From Nemertoderma westbladi (lineage: Eukaryota > Animalia > Xenacoelomorpha), in NCBI GenBank assembly GCA_032718475.1, contig JAUCBJ010005720.1:24107-88106 (forward strand): DNA of 64,000 nucleotides. Reading direction: 5' to 3'. A program made the translations under genes and the position numbers. A model generated the notes under the pieces. It did not search any database and had not been told where the DNA came from. It saw only the letters and a list, made by a program, of their open reading frames with translations. Shown here piece after piece: positions 1 to 13,683 of the stretch (position 1 is the stretch's first letter; every line of letters starts with the position of its first letter).

Positions 1-433
1 GGTAAGCCAATCAAATAGTGGCCTGGGTATACGGTAAGCCAATCAAATAATGGCCTGGGAATACGGTAAGCCAATCAAATAATGGCCTGGGTATACGGTA
101 AGCCAATCAAATAATGGCCTGGGTATACGGTAAGCCAATCAAATAATGGCCTGGGTATACGGTAAGCCAATCAAATAATGGCCTGGGTATATGGTAAGCC
201 AATCAAATAATGGCCTGGGTATACGGTAAGCCAATCAAATAATGGCCTGGGTATACGGTAAGCCAATCAAGTAATGGCCTGGGTATACGGTAAGCCAATC
301 AAATAATGGCCTGGGTATACGGTAAGCCAATCAAATAATGGCCTGGGTATACGGTAAGCCAATCAAATAGTGGCCTGGGTATACGGTAAGCCAATCAAAT
401 AATGGCCTGGGTATACGGTAAGCCAATCAAATA
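1..433 (+). repeat. 32-bp minisatellite made of an SLC6 exon end plus 5' splice site (ATAATGGCCTGGGTATACG|GTAAGCCAATCAA)
   Basis: About 13 near-identical 32-bp units, continuing from beyond the window start. The unit reads I(M/V)AWVYG, the usual SLC6 W-x-Y-G exon end, followed by the donor GTAAGC. Its phase 1 matches the next exon at 551. Confidence 0.9.
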
Positions 434-550
434 TACAATATATATATAGCATGTAAACCTGTGTCGACGTAATTGATATTTATTGGTTGATATTGATGAT
501 TGTTGCTAAGCAGCAAAATATAAAATATTCAAGGTTTATTAACGTTTCAG

Positions 551-825
551 GTGGGAAGCAACACGTCAAGAATATTCGCACAATGTTGGACACCAAGATC
601 CGACTGTGGCCCTTCGCGGTGTGCTGGTACGCACTGACCCCTATCCTGTGTCTCTCGGTTGTCGTCTACATGTGTATCAAGTACGAGCCACTAGTCTACA
701 ACAAGTACGAATACCCTGATTGGGCCCACGCTATTGGATGGATGTTTGCCCTCTCTTCTATCCTTCTACCACCCACTTTCGCTATCGTAAAACTAATCAC
801 TACAAAGAAAGGCAATCTTAGAGAG
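551..825 (+). CDS. SLC6 transporter gene A, penultimate exon (TM11-TM12)
   Basis: Acceptor tttcag|GT at 550/551 and donor GAG|gtaac at 825/826. Translation includes CWYALTPILC...YEPLVYNKYEYPDWAHAIGWMFALSS...GNLRE, typical of the SLC6 C-terminal half. Confidence 0.92.
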
Positions 826-988
826 GTAACTTTTATACAATTCGCAATAATATGATATCATTATATTTTTTGTAGGTTTTAACTTCCATAGACTGTAAAA
901 TTATTTAGTAATTTAAACAGTACTGTAGATGTAAAAGTTATTATAGCGAATGGATGGTGATTGGCAAATACATAGATCGGATACAGGA

Positions 989-2330
989 CACAGCAGCATA
1001 CCGCCCCAGATCTCGCGGCCAGCCACACACACACAGTGCCGGCGGACCCAGCAGCATAGCCCCCCAGATCTCACGGTCAGCCACACACAGTGCCGGCGGA
1101 CCCAGCAGCATAGCGCCCCCAGATCTCGGGGTCAGCCACACACAGTGTCGGCGGACACAGCAGCTTAGCGTCCCCAGATCTCGGGGTCAGCCACACACAG
1201 TGTCGGCGGACACAGCAGCTTAGCTTCCCCAGATCTCGGGGTCAGCCACACACAGTGTCGGCGGACACAGCAGCTTAGCATCCCCAGATCTCGGGGTCAG
1301 CCACACACAGTGTCGGCGGACACAGCAGCTTAGCATCCCCAAATCTCGGGGTCAGCCACACACAGTGTCGGCGGACACAGCAGCTTAGCGTCCCCAAATC
1401 TCGGGGTCAGCCACACACAGTGCCGGCGGACCCAGCAGCATAGCGCCCCCAGATCACGCGGTCAGCCACACACACAGACCCAGCAACATAGCGCACACAG
1501 ATCTCGCGGCCAGCCACACACAGTGCCCGCGGTCCCAGCAGCATAGCGCCCCCAGATCTCGGGGTCAGCCACACACAGTGTCAGCGGACACAGCAGCTTA
1601 GCGTCCCCAGATCTCGGGGTCAGCCACACCCAGTGTCGGCGGTCCCAGCAGCATAGCGCCCCCAGATCTCGGGGTCAGCCACATACAGTACCGGCGGACC
1701 CAGCAGCATAGCGCCCCCAGATCTCGGGGTCAGCCACACACAGTGTCAGCGGTCCCAGCAGCATAGCGCCCCCAGATCTCGGGGTCAGCCACACACAGTA
1801 CCGGCGGACCCAGCAGCATAGAACCTCCAGATCTCGCGGTCAGCCACATACAGTGCCGGCGGACACAGCAGCTTAGCGTCCCCAGATCTCGGGGTCAGCC
1901 ACACCCAGTGTCGGCGGTCCCAGCAGCATAGCGCCCCCAGATCTCGGGGTCAGCCACATACAGTACCGGCGGACCCAGCAGCATAGCGCCCCCAGATCTC
2001 GGGGTCAGCCACACACAGTGTCAGCGGTCCCAGCAGCATAGCGCCCCCAGATCTCGGGGTCAGCCACACACAGTACCGGCGGACCCAGCAGCATAGAACC
2101 TCCAGATCTCGCGGTCAGCCACATACAGTGCCGGCGGACCCAGCAGCTTAGCGTCCCCAGATCTCGGGGTCAGCCACACACAGTGCCGGCGGACCCAACA
2201 GCATAGCCCCCCCTCAGATCTCGGGGTCAGCCACACACAGTGTCGGCGGTCAGCCACACACAGTGTCGGCGGACACAGCAGCTTAGCGCCCACCAGATCT
2301 CGCGGCCAGCCATACATATTCCCAGATCTT
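989..2330. repeat. 55-bp GC-rich intronic minisatellite (AGATCTCGGGGTCAGCCACACACAGTGTCGGCGGACACAGCAGCTTAGCGTCCCC)
   Basis: Period 55 (AGATCT at 1121 and 1176), about 24 variant copies in the last intron of gene A. Confidence 0.93.
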
Positions 2331-2763
2331 TATATCCTCTATTTCGTCATCATTTGAGGAAAACCTTTGTCTGTCCACCACACCTATTCTCAACAACAGA
2401 TTGACACATCTAATAAGGTTGCGTGTAAGTTGATCCTGCCGGCGGGAAACAATCCCCAGCAAGCTTCAGACGGCATCTCCGCAGGGTGATGCTGGGTCTT
2501 GGCAATGAGAAGTTGCCATAATTGTATCACTTTATATTTCGTACATCGTAACGTTGCGCACCCCTCGCGACATCCTGATATAAATTATTAATTCCTTATA
2601 AATTATTATTTTGGATGAACAACTCTAAATCAAAATGTTTCCGCGGTCTACTGTAGTATGGTCGGCATACCTGAACGGTTATTAGGAGAAACGGGTTCGA
2701 TCCCCACTGGTGCCCAATTCATTTTGATGATGACTGATATATTTTCACCTGTTTCTCTTTCAG

Positions 2764-2937
2764 CGACTCGCCTACCTAACGACTCCGGTATTCGAGTCCA
2801 ATCATTTTCTCAACATGGGGGTCCTGCCTAACTACGGTGGCCATGGCCTCGAAGACACCGACACAATGTCCAATGAGAACCCTCCATCCTATACAACAGC
2901 TGTGGAGAGCGATCGGCGCAGTGAGTCTACTGTCTGA
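2764..2937 (+). CDS. SLC6 transporter gene A, last coding exon (C-terminal tail)
   Basis: Polypyrimidine acceptor tttctctttcag|CGA joins in phase 0 to give GNLRE|RLAYLTTP (SLC6 post-TM12 motif). It ends NPPSYTTAVESDRRSESTV* with TGA at 2935-2937. AATAAA follows at about 3017 and 3417. Confidence 0.85.
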   Translation, partial: RLAYLTTPVFESNHFLNMGVLPNYGGHGLEDTDTMSNENPPSYTTAVESDRRSESTV

Positions 2938-5384
2938 CGTCACAGATCGGGAGTTCTTACCGAAATACAACCGATTGCTACGACATATTCCTATCCTTAC
3001 AAACAATGTAAAGTAAAATAAAGTAAAACTATTGCAGTGCGGTGGTCTATTTTTATCCATAACAAATTAAACTCGATTTTGGTGTACCACTTATGGTACT
3101 ACAGGTCTTGCGGTATGTATAATATGTTTTACAGTAAGTACCGGTATATGTAGGCCTACTAAATTGCTGTACGTTTTGTGCTGACTCTTTATGTTATAGG
3201 CTACATGTTATGTGATGGGAATTGTGCTGCTCTTCTGTCTATTCGCTTTGTATTATTATGTAATTTTAATCAATTATTCCTGTATCATTTCGAGTCTAAC
3301 TCAGTAGGCCTATACCGCAGTTTACCAGTTTACTTTGTGGTCTCGTTGGCTCTAAGTACCGCATTGATGTTGTTAACAATTTTGCAGGAGTAATTTTACT
3401 TGCGAATCTATTTTTTAATAAACTCAGTTAAAAACTCAATTGTATAAATCTATTTATTAGTATATTTTTAATATTTTTACGGCTAGTAGCTTACTACACT
3501 ACAGTACAGTGCTTTGTATACATGTTGTTGATGTATCTTAATTTCAGCCAATGTTTATTACCTACTGTAGGTCAATTAATTTATTCTAATAAGAAGTTTA
3601 TGTTTTGGATTCCGGATCCCATGACTGGGAAAATTTAAATTGTAAAATTAAACAATAATTATAATAATGTATTACTTGGATTAAAAATGTCGCACTTTTT
3701 CATTATTCTCGAGGTATTTTATTTACCGAGTGTCAGCGAGGTTAATATTGGGTCGAGAGAATTATTGTAAAAAAATGTTCCCCATGTAATACGTAATTTT
3801 ATTCCTAACTTGGTACGTTTTTGTTGCTAAATTCTGTAATAAAACATAGCGATACCGGTATACAGTACAGTTGTGTTACAAAATAAATTGAACTGCAGTA
3901 TTTTACTATATAGCTTCCATAGTTACTGCGATTCTAATTACTGAACTCTCCAACTCTCGATGCTGCCTAACTCAATGTTAAATGATTTCGTGTTCTAGAA
4001 TATTTATTACGTAACTAGAGAGCCGCTTAACAGAATAAACCAATATTGGATATTGAGTTCCGTTTTGGAGTTCGCCTTGCAGACACTAAAGTTGCAATAA
4101 CTATTCAGTGTTTGCATGGATTTTGCTCAAATTACTTCCAAACCTTTTCTACGTCGATGCTCTTTGAACACATGTAATAAAATTTAAGAAATTCCGCCGA
4201 AAATGTTTTCACATTTTCTAATTTTACTTTTACCGCCTCGAAGACAGTGAAATCGATTCAATCTTGGGTTACCTTTTTTCCTCTGGGAAAAATATCTCTA
4301 CTTTCTCTCCGATGTTGCGGTTCGCCGAAAAAATTTAGGGGAAAAAAAACTTTATACAAATAATAAAAATAAAAATATATTGTATTATACTGGTTGGAGG
4401 GAAGATCATAACTTATTATTTGCTTCTTTTGTCTCTCTTAAAGAGCAATACAAATATATTATAATCGATTAATAATGTAATGGATGAGACATTGCCCGAT
4501 GTAAACCATCAACCTCTACTGAAATTCTGCAGCAGTACCAAAAAGTCGCTCCGACCTGATTGCTGTTATTACCGCTAAAAGCAACTCACCATTATTCCTG
4601 ACATTTAATACAACTATATTTTACAATGCGGTTTTATTTCATTGTTGAGTTTATCCCCTATGTGGATAATAAACAACACTAATAATTTATGAGTAAGTAA
4701 GTAATTGTTTTGTAATTATTGTCATTGGAATAAATATCATAGTTACTTTTAAGGTAATAATAAATGCTGCTAATTTTTTCACCTTAAGTACTTTTGTGTT
4801 TCTCAGTAGTAAATCATCTTGCTACGTTATGTTCTCATCTAATATATTTCTCCATTTTGATTTTTTTTCATAATTAATTTCGTACCGTAATATTAATTGT
4901 ACTGTAATTTTGGATTCAACTGTAATATGTAGTTTTATGCCAATTTAATTTAATTCTATAATTTATTTAAACTCGTTGTTTATCACTACACTTACACTTA
5001 CTTACACTTACACTACAATATTTCACTAAAGTTATTAGTTTCGAAAAAGCCAAGTGCGGCGTTATCAAAAAATATTTCTCAATATTTTTAGTCATCATTA
5101 ATTTGTGTAATAATCGAATTACATATAATATCTATTTATTGCACTTTGAGTTGTCGCATACACTTCATTGTTAATTAAGTAATTAATTAATTACGTGTTA
5201 AATTAAGTTATTTACAATAATTACATCGATTGTCTTTAATAATTAAGTTACTGATTTAGCCATATTAATTCAAAGTTATTTCATCAGTTATCTTCTTCTC
5301 AAACATTAAAATAAAATTTGATATATTATTATTATTACTTAAATATAATAAATGGTTGTCTCTTTTAATAAATATAATTTCTTT

Positions 5385-8300
5385 GACTGGGGAATTAGCC
5401 AACAATGTATGGAGTGGGACTGGGGAATGAGCCAACACTGTATGGAGTGGGACTGGGGAATGAGCCAAAACTGTATGGAGTGGGACTAGGGAATGAGTTA
5501 ACATTGTATGGAGTGGGACTGGAGAATGAGTTAACATTGTATGGAGTGGGACTAGAGAATAAGTTAACATTGTATGGGGTGGGACTGTAGAATGAGTTAA
5601 CATTGTATGGAGTGGGACTATAGAATGAGTTAACACTATATGGGGTGGGACTAGAGAATGAGTTAACATTGTATGGAGTGGGACTGGATAATGAGCCAAC
5701 ATTGTATGGAGTGGGACTGGAGAATGAGTTAATATTATATGGGGTGGGACTAGAGAATGAGTTAACATTGTATGGAGTGGGACTAGAGAATAAGTTAACA
5801 TTGTATGGGGTGGGACTGTAGAATGAGTTAATATTATATGGGGTGGGACTAGAGAATGAGTTAACATTGTATGGAGTGGGACTAGAGAATGAGTTAACAT
5901 TGTATGGAGTGGGACTGGAGAATGAGTTAACATTGTATGGGGTGGGACTAGAGAATGAGCCAACACTGTATGGAGTGGGACTAGAGAATGAGTTAACATT
6001 GTATGGAGTGGGACTAGAGAATGAGTTAACATTGTATGGAGTGGGACTGGATAATGAGCCAACATTGTATGGAGTGGGACTGGAGAATGAGTTAATATTA
6101 TATGGGGTGGGACTAGAGAATGAGTTAACATTGTATGGAGTGGGACTAGAGAATGAGTTAACATTGTATGGGGTGGGACTGTAGAATGAGTTAATATTAT
6201 ATGGGGTGGGACTAGAGAATGAGTTAACATTGTATGGAGTGGGACTAGAGAATGAGTTAACATTGTATGGAGTGGGACTGGAGAATGAGTTAACATTGTA
6301 TGGGGTGGGACTGTAGAATGAGTTAATATTATATGGGGTGGGACTAGAGAATGAGTTAACATTGTCTGGAGTGGGACTATAGAATGAGTTAACATTGTAT
6401 GGGGTGGGACTGTAGAATGAGTTAATATTATATGGGGTGGGACTATAGAATGAGTTAACATTGTATGGAGTGGGACTAGAAATGAGTTAACATTGTATGG
6501 AGTGGGACTGTAGAATGAGTTAATATTATATGGGGTGGGACTAGAGAATGAGTTAACATTGTATGGAGTGGGACTAGAGAATGAGTTAACATTGTATGGA
6601 GTGGGACTGGAGAATGAGTTAACATTGTATGGGGTGGGACTGTAGAATGAGTTAATATTATATGGGGTGGGACTAGAGAATGAGCCCACATTGTATGGGT
6701 GGGACTGTGGAATGAGCCAACACTGTATGGAGTGGGACTGGAGAATGAGTTAACATTGTATGGGGTGGGACTGTAGAATGAGTTAATATTATATGGGGTG
6801 GGACTAGAGAATGAGTTAACATTGTATGGAGTGGGACTAGAGAATGAGTTAACATTGTATGGAGTGGGACTGGATAATGAGCCAACATTGTATGGAGTGA
6901 GATGGAGTGGGACTGTAGAATGAGTTAACATTGTATGGAGTGGGACTAGGGAATGAGTTAACATTGTATGGAGTGGGACTAGAGAATGAGTTAACATTGT
7001 ATGGAGTGGGACTGGATAATGAGCCAGCATTGTATGGAGTGGGATGGAGTGGGACTGGAGAATGAGTTAATATTATATGGGGTGGGACTAGAGAATGAGT
7101 TAACATTGTATGGAGTGGGACTAGAGAATGAGTTAACATTGTATGGGGTGGGACTGTAGAATGAGTTAATATTATATGGGGTGGGACTAGAGAATGAGTT
7201 AACATTGTATGGAGTGGGACTATAGAATGAGTTAACATTGTATGGGGTGGGACTGTAGAATGAGTTAATATTATATGGGGTGGGACTATAGAATGAGTTA
7301 ACATTGTATGGAGTGGGACTAGAGAATGAGTTAACATTGTATGGAGTGGGACTAGGGAATGAGTTAACATTGTATGGGGTGGGACTGTAGAATGAGTTAA
7401 TATTATATGGGGTGGGACTAGAGAATGAGTTAACATTGTATGGAGTGGTCCTAGAGAATGAGTTAACATTGTATGGAGTGGGACTGGAGAATGAGTTAAC
7501 ATTGTATGGGGTGGGACTAGAGAATGAGCCAACACTGTATGGAGTGGGACTAGAGAATGAGTTAACATTGTATGGAGTGGGACTAGAGAATGAGTTAACA
7601 TTGTATGGGGTGGGACTGTAGAATGAGTTAATATTATATGGGGTGGGACTAGAGAATGAGTTAACATTGTATGGAGTGGTCCTAGAGAATGAGTTAACAT
7701 TGTATGGAGTGGGACTGGAGAATGAGTTAACATTGTATGGGGTGGGACTAGAGAATGAGCCAACACTGTATGGAGTGGGACTAGAGAATGAGTTAACATT
7801 GTATGGAGTGGGACTAGAGAATGAGTTAACATTGTATGGAGTGGGACTGGATAATGAGCCAACATTGTATGGAGTGGGACTGGAGAATGAGTTAATATTA
7901 TATGGGGTGGGACTAGAGAATGAGTTAACATTGTATGGAGTGGGACTAGAGAATGAGTTAACATTGTATGGAGTGGGACTGGAGAATGAGTTAACATTGT
8001 ATGGAGTGGGACTAGAGAATGAGTTAACATTGTATGGGGTGGGACTGTAGAATGAGTTAATATTATATGGGGTGGGACTAGAGAATGAGTTAACATTGTA
8101 TGGAGTGGGACTAGAGAATGAGTTAACATTGTATGGAGTGGGACTGGAGAATGAGTTAACATTGTATGGGGTGGGACTGTAGAATGAGTTAATATTATAG
8201 GGGGTGGGACTATAGAATGAGTTAACATTGTATGGAGTGGGACTAGAAATGAGTTAACATTGTATGGGGTGGGACTGTAGAATGAGTTAATATTATATGG

Positions 8301-9935
8301 GGTGGGACTAGAGAATGAGTTAACATTGTATGGAGTGGGACTAGAGAATGAGTTAACATTGTATGGAGTGGGACTGGAGAATGAGTTAACATTGTATGGG
8401 GTGGGACTGTAGAATGAGTTAATATTATATGGGGTGGGACTAGAGAATGAGCCCACATTGTATGGGTGGGACTGTGGAATGAGCCAACACTGTATGGAGT
8501 GGGACTGGAGAATGAGTTAACATTGTATGGGGTGGGACTGTAGAATGAGTTAATATTATATGGGGTGGGACTAGAGAATGAGTTAACATTGTATGGAGTG
8601 GGACTAGAGAATGAGTTAACATTGTATGGAGTGGGACTGGATAATGAGCCAACATTGTATGGAGTGGGATGGAGTGGGACTGTAGAATGAGTTAACATTG
8701 TATGGAGTGGGACTAGGGAATGAGTTAACATTGTATGGAGTGGGACTAGAGAATGAGTTAACATTGTATGGAGTGGGACTGGATAATGAGCCAGCATTGT
8801 ATGGAGTGGGATGGAGTGGGACTGGAGAATGAGTTAATATTATATGGGGTGGGACTAGAGAATGAGTTAACATTGTATGGAGTGGGACTAGAGAATGAGT
8901 TAACATTGTATGGGGTGGGACTGTAGAATGAGTTAATATTATATGGGGTGGGACTAGAGAATGAGTTAACATTGTATGGAGTGGGACTATAGAATGAGTT
9001 AACATTGTATGGGGTGGGACTGTAGAATGAGTTAATATTATATGGGGTGGGACTATAGAATGAGTTAACATTGTATGGAGTGGGACTAGAGAATGAGTTA
9101 ACATTGTATGGAGTGGGACTAGGGAATGAGTTAACATTGTATGGGGTGGGACTGTAGAATGAGTTAATATTATATGGGGTGGGACTAGAGAATGAGTTAA
9201 CATTGTATGGAGTGGTCCTAGAGAATGAGTTAACATTGTATGGAGTGGGACTGGAGAATGAGTTAACATTGTATGGGGTGGGACTAGAGAATGAGCCAAC
9301 ACTGTATGGAGTGGGACTAGAGAATGAGTTAACATTGTATGGAGTGGGACTAGAGAATGAGTTAACATTGTATGGGGTGGGACTGTAGAATGAGTTAATA
9401 TTATATGGGGTGGGACTAGAGAATGAGTTAACATTGTATGGAGTGGTCCTAGAGAATGAGTTAACATTGTATGGAGTGGGACTGGAGAATGAGTTAACAT
9501 TGTATGGGGTGGGACTAGAGAATGAGGCAACACTGTATGGAGTGGGACTAGAGAATGAGTTAACATTGTATGGAGTGGGACTAGAGAATGAGTTAACATT
9601 GTATGGAGTGGGACTGGATAATGAGCCAACATTGTATGGAGTGGGACTGGAGAATGAGTTAATATTATATGGGGTGGGACTAGAGAATGAGTTAACATTG
9701 TATGGAGTGGGACTAGAGAATGAGTTAACATTGTATGGAGTGGGACTGGAGAATGAGTTAACATTGCATGGAGTGGGACTAGAGAATGAGTTAACATTGT
9801 ATGGGCTGGGACTGTGGAATGAGCCAACACTGTATGGGGTGGGAATACTGGATAATGAGCCAACACTGTATGGGTGGGACTGTGGAATGAGCCAACACTG
9901 TATGGAGTGGGACTGGATAATGAGCCAACACTGTA
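5385..9935. repeat. 33-bp minisatellite (GAGAATGAGTTAACATTGTATGGAGTGGGACTA) with 1767-bp higher-order repeat
   Basis: About 138 units. Diagnostic variants recur at a 1767-bp offset (ORF track 6476 vs 8243, 6673 vs 8440). Confidence 0.95.
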
Positions 9936-10901
9936 TCGATCATGGGGTGTAATTCCTCACTGCCGTTGGGTGAGGGGGTGAACATAATGGGGGATGTGTT
10001 CATTACTAGTAGTGATGGTAAGCTCACTCTAGTTTGTGTCCCCTTGTTTGGGATTTGGAACATTTCGAGGTGCCGACAAAGGAGAAATTCCGCTCGGTGG
10101 AAGACACGAAATCACAGAAGATGTTGGAACGAGATACTACCTTTGAAAATGGTCATTATTATGTCCCAATGTTATGGAGAGATAAACAAAAACCTCTTAC
10201 ACGTAACCTCACCCTAGCAATTAAAAGATTGCGATGGATAAAGACGAGATTGCGTAAAAATGCCAACGAATCGGAACAATTCCAAACAAAGATGGAAGAG
10301 TTCATCACCAAAGGAATAGGACAATATCTGACGGAGGAAGAAATATTGAATCCCGACCCCCAACAATATTATATTTCAACCCACTATGTTCTAGAAACTA
10401 ATAAGAAAAATAAAGTGCAAGTGGTAATGGACGATGCAGTAATTTGGAAAGGCCATAGCCTAAACTCTGAACTAATGGCTGGACTTATTCAACACGATAG
10501 TGACTGAGTCTAACCTGTTGCTTTCTGCTTAGACCTAGAAGCGATGTTCCATCAAGTCAAGGTATACCCAGAAGATGCCGTATCACAAACGATCTTATGG
10601 TACGATGGACAAGAGAAACCGAAATCCATAACAAATTCAAATGAATGCGAATATGTTCAGCGCCACTGATGCCCCACCTACAACGGCTTTCCCACTCAAA
10701 ATGACAGGAAGCAAAAACGCCCACAGATATCCTGCCAATGTAAATGGGACGATCCAAAAACCTTTTCTACGTGGACGATGGACTCACAGGCGAAACTACC
10801 GTGAAGAAAGCGGTGCTGCTAGCGTATAATCTAATAGACTGTCTAAAAAGAGGAGGATTTAATGCAATCAAATTCCTATCCAACTCTCGACAATTCCTTA
10901 A

Positions 10902-12402
10902 CCCTATTAATCCCGGGGGGGGGGGGGGGGGTCAATATGACCCCCCCGTGGTTTTATTATTATAATTCTGAAACAAACGCAGTTGGGAATCTGAAATTTT
11001 ATGATTTTTCCTAAAAATCTATTGTCTTCCTAGTAGTGAAAACCGTTTGCAAAAATATTGGGTAGTTTTCGAGTTATAGCACCATTTTTTAACCCTACTT
11101 TTGGCACTTTTTTTTGAGACGTTTTTTGAAAATTACTTTTCATTAAATATGAATTGTAACATCTCTATGTTTGAATTACACCGGTTTTTTGGTGTTAGCA
11201 ATTGGATGGAATTCATATAAATTGATTTAGAAATTTCAAACTTGTTTTTTTCGGTGGGTGCCAAATTTTGGTGCCAGAACTAAATTTTGAAATATGTCAA
11301 TTTTGAAAATTGATTGTTTGAAACTTGTTTTTTACGCAATTGGGGTTTTTTGGGGTTCTCGTTTCGATGAAATATATACGAGTTGCACCAAGCGTATAAA
11401 ACTTGTATTTTTCGGTGCTGTGTGCAATTTTTGGTGCTAGCACGAAATTTTGAAAATCCATTCAATAGATAAAATTGCTTGTGACATTTTATTTCTTGCG
11501 TTTTAGAGGTTTATGGCTGTTCTGAATTCAATGGAATATATAATTATCGAACTAGACATCTCAAACTTGTATTTTTCGGAAGTGGGTGCAAAATGTGGTG
11601 CTAGCACCAAATTTTGAAAATCATCAAATATATCAATTGATTGTGTCACCTTGTTTCTTGCGTTATACGGGTTTGTGAGGGTTCTGAATTCAATGGAATC
11701 AGTAAAAATTTCATAAGAGTTTTCAGACTTGTATTTTTCGCAAAAATTTTGGAAAATAAGCAAATTGATCAGTAGATAGTATCATCTTGATTCTTGTGTT
11801 ATACGGGTTTATACTGGACATCGCAAACTTGTAATTTTTGGTGATGGGTACGAAATTTGGTGCTAGCACCAAAATTTGCCAAATTACACCGAAAAATACA
11901 AGTATCAATGATCTGGCATATTAGAAATGTATTCCATTAGAATCATCAGCGCCCTAGAAAACCTATAAATGTGAATTTATAGCATCGTATAAGTGAATGA
12001 AAAATTTTGTGTTCTACCTGAAAAGTGCTGGTTACTTGTTTTTTTCATTTTTTTCCTACGCAGAGACGACTAAACAGCCCTTTATAGTAATCATATCATT
12101 TTTAAATATTTTCCAATGTATTTTGCGCCCCAGAAAACCTGTATTGAAAAACAATTAGCCGAAAATGTAACTTTCAAATTTTGTGAAAATTGTGCACTAC
12201 TTGTAATTTTGGTGCTGCAATATAACCACCCCAGTACATTTTTTCGAAATTTTTTTTTTTCGGTCGGATCCAGACTACTGATACCTACGTACAAACAAAA
12301 AATCAGACGTTTTCGTAAAAATTTGTAGATTTTAGAGGGGTGGGGTCAATATGACCCCCTCCCGGTATTTGTACAACATTTTATAGCCCGGTACTAATAG
12401 GG
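10902..12402. mobile_element. Non-autonomous piggyBac-like DNA transposon (MITE), 1.5 kb
   Basis: TTAA TSD at 10898-10901 and 12403-12406. TIRs CCCTATTAATCCCGGG / CCCGGTACTAATAGGG (14/16 match). Subterminal palindrome GGGGTCAATATGACCCC at both ends. The host pol frame continues across it, and there is no transposase ORF. Confidence 0.9.
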
Positions 12403-12497
12403 TTAACAACACACCAACAGACAAAGTTGCGAAAGGAGTCCTAGATCTGGATTTGGGTGAAATGCTGTTGACAAGAGCATTGGGAGTAAAATGGTGG

Positions 12498-13683
12498 TGT
12501 AAAGGCTTTTCCGGAATTGGCCGGTTATTTTCCCCGTAAAGTACTCTGTAGTTGGTTTAACAGGCATAAAAGGCCGTGTCCCACTGTACTGGTGTTTTAG
12601 AGGACATAAAAGTAATTTCTTCTGTACGTGTACTTTAGCGGACATAATCCACAATTCTATGACGCAAAAGCCGAAATACTCTTGAAACAGTGTAGTTAGT
12701 ATGACGACAGCTAATAGCTGAGCTGTACACGTGGAGCCTCTGCACGGAGCCTTGGTTCTTTGTTCTGCTCAGCTCAAATGACGACATCTATCAGCTGTGT
12801 CCACGTCAGTTCGACCAATCAGAGATTTTCCCTTTGTGTAAAAGCTGTACAGCAGAATCCCATGATTCAGTACTGACGTTTCCCCCACGCCTAAGAACAC
12901 CGGCCGTGGAATGTTTTCTAACATTAGAGCGTCTTTAATTATAAGAACACATAACTGTTACCGGCACGGTACAGCGGTACGAGACACTAAGAACACATAA
13001 CGGTACGGTACGTATTGCACATTATTTACTGCTATTTGCTGTTTGTTATTAAATGTATCATTCGTTTGCTTATTGTTATTTGGAGAATAACTATAAACGA
13101 TCAGAAACCCCGATCTTCTTGATACACTAAGGTTAGAGAGACCGGCTACATATAGCAATTGCGACTTATATTATCGTGGTTTGTAGTGAATTGAATGCTA
13201 TTTTATAGGCCCTACAAATGTCGGTTGCTATTCTCTTTATATATGATTAAAATCAGTGACTATCGGCAATTCAGTGTGCAGCGGTGTGCAATAGTAACAA
13301 AGCATCTCCTAAAGAATGCGCCTTATGTGTAACTTATAATCCATTCCGTTGTGTTTAGTGTAAGCCATAGCTCTGTTTATATAGATAGAGCGCCACGTCC
13401 TAAAGGAACTGCTAATATTTCCCGAAAGTGAATAATATTTGTCAGAGATTATATATTAACGATCAATCGAATAGTACGGTAGGCCTGCACCGCAATCAAA
13501 TTAAAGCATCCGAATCCAGTCTCCCGGGTATATCCAGCGGGTGAATGGTCGCGCATAGACTGGCTTCGGCTAATGTTGGATTTATTTGTCTCAAATACTT
13601 GTCATAGGCTAAAGTCAATTTATAACCTAGAAGACATATAGATTTGGCGGGTTAAACTGCCAAAGGTCTTAAAAGCGCGAACA
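12498..13683 (+). repeat. 5' LTR of BEL element 1 (1186 bp)
   Basis: TGTAAAGG...GCGAACA, matching 23454-24662. Contains CCAATCAG (about 12815), a TATA-like GTAAAAG (about 12838) and an initiator-like TCAGT (about 12866). Confidence 0.93.

Noticed and set aside
487-855. ORF-track 122-aa protein as a standalone gene
   Set aside because: Only 551-825 is exon. The flanking codons are intronic read-through.
2645-2716. tRNA-like B box (GGGTTCGATCCCC)
   Set aside because: No convincing cloverleaf. At most a decayed SINE head.
5265-9952. Long repetitive ORFs (LTHSLVPLHTM / LENELTLYGVG)
   Set aside because: By-products of a 33-bp unit (multiple of 3). They are open on both strands, broken at unit indels and have no gene context.
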